Positions 15,436 through 20,000 of a stretch of 20,000 nt of DNA are shown here, piece by piece. The first letter of the stretch is position 1. The number at the start of each line of letters is the position of its first letter. Both the position numbers and the translations under genes were made by a program. Source of the DNA: an uncultured virus (IMG/VR IMGVR_UViG_3300047321_000100) (Duplodnaviria > Heunggongvirae > Uroviricota > Caudoviricetes); the IMG/VR virus record IMGVR_UViG_3300047321_000100; one strand, written 5' to 3'. Under the pieces are notes generated by a model. That model was not told where the DNA came from and ran no database searches. It was given only the letters and a program-made list of their open reading frames with translations.

Positions 15436-16394
15436 CGCCCCCACAATGCTGTCCACTGGTTCCTAGAAAGATCGAGCGCCAGTGCGCCGCCCGACCGCTG
15501 ATCCCTGAACTGAAGGCTTGCTTGGTCAAACCATAGCTTCAGCGTGCCTTCCCAGGTGTAATGCCGCTGCTTGGCACAGATAAGAACCGTGTCGGCCAGC
15601 GCCTCGATTTCCGCGCGCTTCTCAGGCTTCAGTTCCTTGCGCAGATCGGCTTCCTTCGCCTTGTTCCGGTGGACGATCAGAACGTTGTCCACCAGATCGG
15701 TGATCTCGCCGGCGCCCTTCAGATCGAACTTGTCCGGCACGTTCGATTCCTTCTCGCTCTTGCGCGCGTGGTGCACCAGGTGGATGTGCAGGTCGGTGTC
15801 GCGCGCCAGAGAGCAGAGTTCGTCCACGAAATTCTTCTGGCCGGCGTAGTCATCCGGTGCGATTCCGCACTTAAGCAGGCTGTCGATCACCATGTGCTTC
15901 ACGCCCAGCTCGTTGCGGCAATAGCGGGAGACGGCCAGCATCCGCTCGCGCTTGACCGTGCCGACGTGGTTGTAGATCCAAAGCCGGTCATCAGTCCATT
16001 TACCGAAGTCGCCCAGGAATTTGGCCGTTGCCTTCTCGACGCACGCAGCTTGGCGCGCAAGGCGGTCCAGCGTGTCAATCGGCTTCATTTCCATCGAAGC
16101 GATGCACACGCGCTCGCCGTGGGTCATGCCATGCAACATCACGTAGCCAAGCACTGCGGACTTGCCATGACCGTTTACGCCGCCCCACAGGCTGACTTCA
16201 CCCGGGCGGAACGCCAGGTCTGTGCCGACCGACGACCAAGGCGTCAGCAGGCCATACGTCTCATCCGACTTGTCGCCATGTAGGCGCTCGATCAGTTCAT
16301 CGGTGAAGTCCGAAGCGCGGCGCACGTCGGCGCGACCGTCGTTCTTGTCGCTGACGTATGCATTCCAGTCGATGTTGTCCGGAATCATTTTCAT
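15432..16394 (-). CDS. SF4 replicative helicase (DnaB/T7 gp4-type C-terminal RecA domain only)
   Basis: H1 GGVNGHGKS, H1a ASMEM, H2 VIDSL, H3 HLVHHARK, H4 DLKGAGEITDLVDNVLIVHR, arginine finger KQR; 320 aa. Confidence 0.9.
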   Translation of the reverse strand: MKMIPDNIDWNAYVSDKNDGRADVRRASDFTDELIERLHGDKSDETYGLLTPWSSVGTDLAFRPGEVSLWGGVNGHGKSAVLGYVMLHGMTHGERVCIASMEMKPIDTLDRLARQAACVEKATAKFLGDFGKWTDDRLWIYNHVGTVKRERMLAVSRYCRNELGVKHMVIDSLLKCGIAPDDYAGQKNFVDELCSLARDTDLHIHLVHHARKSEKESNVPDKFDLKGAGEITDLVDNVLIVHRNKAKEADLRKELKPEKRAEIEALADTVLICAKQRHYTWEGTLKLWFDQASLQFRDQRSGGALALDLSRNQWTALWGR

Positions 16395-16906
16395 TGCTGG
16401 TTCTCCCGGGCGATTTCAACCACCAGTTCCATCGCCTTCTCGTAAGGAACCGGGAGAGCGCGACCGATCTCATCCCACAGTTGTTTTTCGATAACCTTGC
16501 CTTCAGTCCATGCCCGTATGTGGTTAGCCGGAGCGGCGCGCTCAGGCGTCACTACCATCGGAAACCAGTCGAACACAGCGAAGTCCGTCACCGTGCGCAT
16601 TTCGCCGCAGTGCACGCGCGGGCCTTCCGTGAACGTGAGCACCATCGTTTTCGGCACGCCAGCAGCGATTGCGGCTAGCTGCTTCAGCACTGCTGAGAAC
16701 GGCAGCGCCTGCGACACGAACACCTCGACGTCCAGACCGGCGATGCAGTGCCAGTCGTACTTCACGCCCGAAGTGGCTTGCAGCGTCAGGTTGTGATATT
16801 CAAGCGGACCAATAAACGAGATCAGGACCGGCAGTTCGGGGACCGCGGGCTTATCGCCGGTACGCATGGCGATGAGGCTGTCAGCATTGCGAGGAAGTTG
16901 GCTCAT
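16391..16906 (-). CDS. Uncharacterised protein between initiator and helicase
   Basis: 171 aa from ATG 16906; alpha/beta pattern with YDWHCIAGLDVEVFV; ATGA overlap with the helicase; GGGAG RBS for the next gene. Confidence 0.75.
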   Translation of the reverse strand: MSQLPRNADSLIAMRTGDKPAVPELPVLISFIGPLEYHNLTLQATSGVKYDWHCIAGLDVEVFVSQALPFSAVLKQLAAIAAGVPKTMVLTFTEGPRVHCGEMRTVTDFAVFDWFPMVVTPERAAPANHIRAWTEGKVIEKQLWDEIGRALPVPYEKAMELVVEIARENQQ

Positions 16907-16910
16907 GGCG

Positions 16911-17564
16911 TCACGCAAAGGGGTTATCGGTATGGCCGTTCATGCGGCCGTTCGTCTGGCCGCCCGTCATCCACTCGGCCTTGAATCCTCCCCACCCGCG
17001 CAGGCAGCATTCACGCAATGCGTCGTTCATCGAAAGACCAGCCTTAGCAACCTCGGCTTGTGTCTGATCCATAGCCGTGCGGGTAGCCTCAAGCTTTTTC
17101 CGTTTGCGTGTCGCCAGCCAGTCACCAGCGACAGTCGAATCGACTCCGAGAGATTCAAGATGCGCCTGCGCATCGAAGCGCGGAACGCGCGCTTTCTTCT
17201 CTGTCTCTGTCTCTTCTCTTCTCTTCTCTAGAGGATCATCTTGATATCGACCTGATATCACCTTGTCATCACCAGTGATGTCGCATGTGTCATCAACCTG
17301 TTCCAGCCAAGAGCCGAGCCTCGATATAGCCTCATTTACCTCTTCTTCCGAGATGCGGAGCCTGAAGGCAAGTTCTTCAGGATCAGGGAGATATCCGTCC
17401 GACTCACTAGCGATCAGCCAGAGCATTACAAGAACTTTCGCAGCAGACGCGTTAAGACGATGCCACTCGCGGTCATCAAGGATGTCGCGGTACAGCTTCA
17501 CCCAAGGGGGGCGTCGATCCTTGAAGTGCTGGAATTTCGCCCAATTTCGAATTCGAAGTTTCAT
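16911..17564 (-). CDS. Phage replication initiator (O-like; N-terminal winged helix, low-complexity linker, C-terminal helical domain)
   Basis: ATG 17564 with a GGAAGGTGG RBS; IRNWAKFQHFKDRRPPWVKLYR, WLIASE, ELAFRLR, and CLRGWGGFKAEW; contains iterons. Confidence 0.85.
   Translation of the reverse strand: MKLRIRNWAKFQHFKDRRPPWVKLYRDILDDREWHRLNASAAKVLVMLWLIASESDGYLPDPEELAFRLRISEEEVNEAISRLGSWLEQVDDTCDITGDDKVISGRYQDDPLEKRREETETEKKARVPRFDAQAHLESLGVDSTVAGDWLATRKRKKLEATRTAMDQTQAEVAKAGLSMNDALRECCLRGWGGFKAEWMTGGQTNGRMNGHTDNPFA
17193..17294. repeat. Candidate replication origin: iterons plus a strand-asymmetric pyrimidine tract
   Basis: TGATATC (17242, 17253), TGTCATC (17264, 17288), TGATGTC (17276) at 11-12 bp spacing, next to a CTCTGT x2 / CTCTT x3 tract at 17199-17229. 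Confidence 0.75.
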
Positions 17565-17638
17565 GAGACCACCTTCCACGCGCCTACAATTGCCAGCACG
17601 ATTACAACCACCATTCCGAACGTGAGCAGATCGCTCAT
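17561..17638 (-). CDS. Putative 25-aa membrane peptide
   Basis: Manual translation; ATGA overlaps at both ends; MSDLLTFGMVVVIVLAIVGAWKVVS*. Confidence 0.55.
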   Translation of the reverse strand: MSDLLTFGMVVVIVLAIVGAWKVVS

Positions 17639-18027
17639 GCAGCCCTCGTCTCCAACATCGCAATACGCGCATGCAAGCGAGCAATCTGTTCGGCCGGCGA
17701 CTCGATCAGCTCAGCAAGTTGGTTCTTGCGCATTTCCGCGTATTGGGAAATTGCCCAGTTCGAGCAAAGGTGCTGAAGGATCAGTTCCTGATCGGTCGTC
17801 AGATAGCCCTGGCCGTTCTTCACCTTCGTCAGGTGCGGGGCCGCAAAGCCCAGGTATTCCGCTATCTCGCCCTCACGGATCCGGCGAACACGCTTGTCCA
17901 GACAAAGCCGGATAGCATCGCCGTAGTCCTCGCATGTCTCGACCAAGGCGACCTCCAGATGCTTCGGCTTCGGGATCTCCATCAGCACCGGCAATGCAAG
18001 CTGCATCAAGTCATTGAAATTTTTCAT
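17635..18027 (-). CDS. CII-like transcriptional regulator
   Basis: 130 aa between cro and the initiator; HTH EGEIAEYLGFAAPHLTKVKNG; C-terminal coiled coil. Confidence 0.65.
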   Translation of the reverse strand: MKNFNDLMQLALPVLMEIPKPKHLEVALVETCEDYGDAIRLCLDKRVRRIREGEIAEYLGFAAPHLTKVKNGQGYLTTDQELILQHLCSNWAISQYAEMRKNQLAELIESPAEQIARLHARIAMLETRAA

Positions 18028-18032
18028 CGCTC

Positions 18033-18099
18033 TTAACCGTTGTTAGCTGTTGCGTTAACTGTTGCAGTGCAGCGAAAGTTTAGGGGTCCTAAGACCCCT
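18033..18099. promoter_or_regulatory. cro-cII intergenic element: triple 10-bp direct repeat and a GC hairpin
   Basis: TTAACCGTTG (18033), TTAGCTGTTG (18043), TTAACTGTTG (18055); AGGGGTC-CTAA-GACCCCT at 18082-18099. Confidence 0.55.
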
Positions 18100-18120
18100 C
18101 AGAGAAAAACAATGAAAAAC

Positions 18121-18426
18121 TCACGCAACCATGCGGGATTCTTTCGTGCTCTTACGGTTCTTCCCGCCAGTGATCCGGGCGGGAGCGCAGAGAACAGCAC
18201 GCAAAGTCACCCAGTCCTCATTCGGATTCAGTTCCTCACAAGGGACGCCAGTAACCTGCTCGATCGCCGCACACATGCCGGCATCGCTGACGAATCCTGT
18301 TTTCTTCCAGTAGGCGACCATCTGTTGCTTGGCGCCGATGGCCTTTGCGAGCTTCACTTGCGAGCCCGCCTTCTGGATCGCCTTATCGATGCCCGTCTGT
18401 ACGTCATGGGAAGTTGGTTTAGTCAT
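18121..18426 (-). CDS. cro: Cro-like repressor (YdaS/Cro family)
   Basis: IDKAIQKAGSQVKLAKAIGAKQQMVAYW and AIEQVTGVPCEELNP; divergent from cI. Confidence 0.85.
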   Translation of the reverse strand: MTKPTSHDVQTGIDKAIQKAGSQVKLAKAIGAKQQMVAYWKKTGFVSDAGMCAAIEQVTGVPCEELNPNEDWVTLRAVLCAPARITGGKNRKSTKESRMVA

Positions 18427-18444
18427 GGCTCGCACGCTGTTTGT

Positions 18445-18521
18445 CTACAAGCATATTTGTAGCACACGGCGATTCATTCTACAAGCACTTTTGCAGCCGA
18501 CTAATACAAAATCCTTTGTAT
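18445..18521. promoter_or_regulatory. OR operator region (three 18-bp operators) with the PR promoter
   Basis: CTACAA-GCATAT-TTGTAG (18445-18462), CTACAA-GCACTT-TTGCAG (18479-18496), ATACAA-AATCCT-TTGTAT (18504-18521). PR on the minus strand: TTGTAG, 17 nt, TACAAA with an extended TG. Confidence 0.85.
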
Positions 18522-19329
18522 GAAAACTTACGCAGAACGCCTTGAATGGGCGATGACGTCCGCGGGCCTGAACCCGAGAACAGACCAGAGCGAGCTGGCG
18601 AGGCGCGTTGGAGGGGGCTGCACGCCCCAGAACATTCAATACCTACTGGATCACAACAGAAACGCAAAATCGAGCAAGTACACGCCGCGGTTGGCGCAGG
18701 TGCTGGAATGCGATGTCAACTGGCTGGCCTATGGCACCGGCAAGCGACCGATCCCACGAAATGGGAGCGCGGTACAGCACGAATTGTTAAATACTGATGC
18801 CCCGAATAAGAGTCATGCCAAGGACATATTTGGGGAATCGCCTGTTGGCCGACAGCCTAATATTGGTGACACTGGCCGGGAACCTTTCGACCAGAACGTC
18901 GCCCCCGCGCCAACAGAAGTGCGGAGGATCCCGATAATCAGCTACGTGCAGGCCGGCATGATGACAGAAGCATTCGATCCGTTTGTGATGGGAGACGGGT
19001 TCGAGACAATAACCACCGATCTGAATCTGTCTGGAAGTGCGTTTGGGTTGATCATCAAAGGAACGTCGATGGAGCCGGAGTTCAAGGCAGGAGATAAGGT
19101 AATCATCGACCCTGCTGTATCGCCCCAACCTGGAGATTTCGTCGTCGCAAAGAACACTGACGAGGAGGCCACATTCAAGAAATACAGACCGCGAGGGACC
19201 AACGAACGTGGGGACATGGAATTCGAGCTGGTGCCGCTGAACGACGACTTCCCTACCCTACATAGCGAGCGAGACCACCTCCAAGTAATTGGGGTCATGG
19301 TGGAACACAGAAAGTACCGCCGCCGCTAA
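18520..19329 (+). CDS. cI: CI repressor (XRE HTH plus LexA/S24 autopeptidase)
   Basis: QSELARRVG HTH, Ala-Gly cleavage site in YVQAG, catalytic Ser in KGTSMEP and Lys in ATFKKY. Confidence 0.95.
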   Translation: MKTYAERLEWAMTSAGLNPRTDQSELARRVGGGCTPQNIQYLLDHNRNAKSSKYTPRLAQVLECDVNWLAYGTGKRPIPRNGSAVQHELLNTDAPNKSHAKDIFGESPVGRQPNIGDTGREPFDQNVAPAPTEVRRIPIISYVQAGMMTEAFDPFVMGDGFETITTDLNLSGSAFGLIIKGTSMEPEFKAGDKVIIDPAVSPQPGDFVVAKNTDEEATFKKYRPRGTNERGDMEFELVPLNDDFPTLHSERDHLQVIGVMVEHRKYRRR

Positions 19330-19350
19330 ACTCCAAAACTACATGTAGCG

Positions 19351-19377
19351 AGCCCGCCACAAGCGGGCTTTTTCTTT
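19351..19377 (+). terminator. Rho-independent terminator after cI
   Basis: AGCCCGC-CACAA-GCGGGCT-TTTTCTTT. Confidence 0.85.
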
Positions 19378-19385
19378 GTCCGTCG

Positions 19386-19439
19386 TTACAAAAATATCCG
19401 TAGAAAGTCCTTGCATGTCTACAAGCGGCTTTGTAGAAT
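19386..19439 (+). promoter_or_regulatory. OL operators and the PL promoter
   Basis: TTACAA-AAATAT-CCGTAG (19386-19403) and CTACAA-GCGGCT-TTGTAG (19419-19436); TTGCAT (19411-19416), 17 nt, TAGAAT (19434-19439). Confidence 0.85.
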
Positions 19440-19482
19440 GGTTCACATCAGCAGCACACAAACAAACCCTGTGAGGCACGTC

Positions 19483-19629
19483 ATGAACTTCCACCGCTTG
19501 CATACCGTGATCGTCCTGCTGGCGAACGCGTATCTCGAGATCGCCTGCCCTGACATGGAGCAGCCGGAAATGCGCCGTCACTGGCTGATGCGACGGACGG
19601 TGGACTATCGAAACGTGTGCTGGTGCTAA
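19483..19629 (+). CDS. First PL-operon gene, 48-aa hypothetical
   Basis: GAGG RBS, ATG 19483; MNFHRLHTVIVLLANAYLEIACPDMEQPEMRRHWLMRRTVDYRNVCWC. Confidence 0.6.
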   Translation: MNFHRLHTVIVLLANAYLEIACPDMEQPEMRRHWLMRRTVDYRNVCWC

Positions 19630-19639
19630 GGAGAACGAC

Positions 19640-19939
19640 ATGAGCGCGATTCCGCTTGTCATCAACAAGACCATGAAGTACGGCGACTGGATGTTCGAGC
19701 GCGAGCTTGAAGCGATCGACCGCGCCACGTTGTCTGCCTACGACCGCCGCGAACGCATCGAGCGCGAAGTCAGCTTCGACGACCTTCTCGAAGAGTGCGT
19801 GGAAATGACCGGGCCGCAGAAGGAAGCGTTCATGGAAGCGCTGGCGCGCGGCAGCAATGCGGACGTGCACACGCTGTTCTGTTTGCTCGACCAGGTGAAA
19901 GAAGCGATCGTGAAGCGCCGGCTTGCGGGAGGTGAGTGA
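19640..19939 (+). CDS. Early-left hypothetical protein
   Basis: 99 aa, strong TAAGGAG RBS, acidic and helical. Confidence 0.75.
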   Translation: MSAIPLVINKTMKYGDWMFERELEAIDRATLSAYDRRERIEREVSFDDLLEECVEMTGPQKEAFMEALARGSNADVHTLFCLLDQVKEAIVKRRLAGGE

Positions 19940-20000
19940 TGGAAATCAGCCTCAGCAAGGTCATCGAAGCCATGTCCGCGCTCAACGTGACTGCAGATCA
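19939..20000 (+). CDS. Early-left hypothetical protein, truncated by the window edge
   Basis: GGAGG RBS, TGATG overlap; MEISLSKVIEAMSALNVTAD... Confidence 0.6.
   Translation, partial: MEISLSKVIEAMSALNVTAD

Noticed and set aside
17199..17229. CTCTT/CTCTGT short tandem repeats as a phase-variable or CRISPR-like array
   Set aside because: Too short, with no spacers; better explained as the origin-adjacent tract encoding the EKRREETETEK linker.
1..20000. tRNA, CRISPR array, intron/intein, IS element, DGR, att site
   Set aside because: None recognised. TerL, portal and helicase have no obvious insertions, and no reverse transcriptase, transposase or integrase is present.

Overview
The whole window is part of a temperate tailed phage or prophage. 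The GC-rich codon usage and gene repertoire suggest a Burkholderiales-type betaproteobacterial host (inference). No att site, integrase or host gene is visible. Reading right to left: the start of the PL early operon (+ strand) and a CI repressor (XRE HTH plus S24 peptidase) flanked by five CTACAA-N6-TTGTAG operators. One long minus-strand run follows: Cro, CII-like, O-like initiator with an internal iteron origin, an unknown protein, SF4 helicase, nin-like genes (DUF1364, PD-(D/E)xK nuclease), and a Q-like antiterminator with a pR'/tR' unit. Next is an accessory late-leader cassette (4-Cys protein, HTH-metallophosphoesterase, three micro-ORFs, GIY-YIG nuclease) where lambdoid phages usually carry lysis genes. 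The run ends with a podovirus-type virion module: TerS, TerL, portal, scaffold, SU10/DUF5309-type capsid, small virion proteins, a fibre-like protein with an apparent Sec signal peptide, adaptor, and a tail-tube/nozzle gene running off the left edge. The most unusual observations are the signal-peptide-bearing fibre-like gene beside a free-standing tailspike N-terminal-like domain, the hairpin-bracketed GIY-YIG gene whose stop codon pairs with the terS ribosome-binding site, and the metallophosphoesterase cassette at the head of the late operon. All family calls come from motif recognition and gene order; no database search was run.
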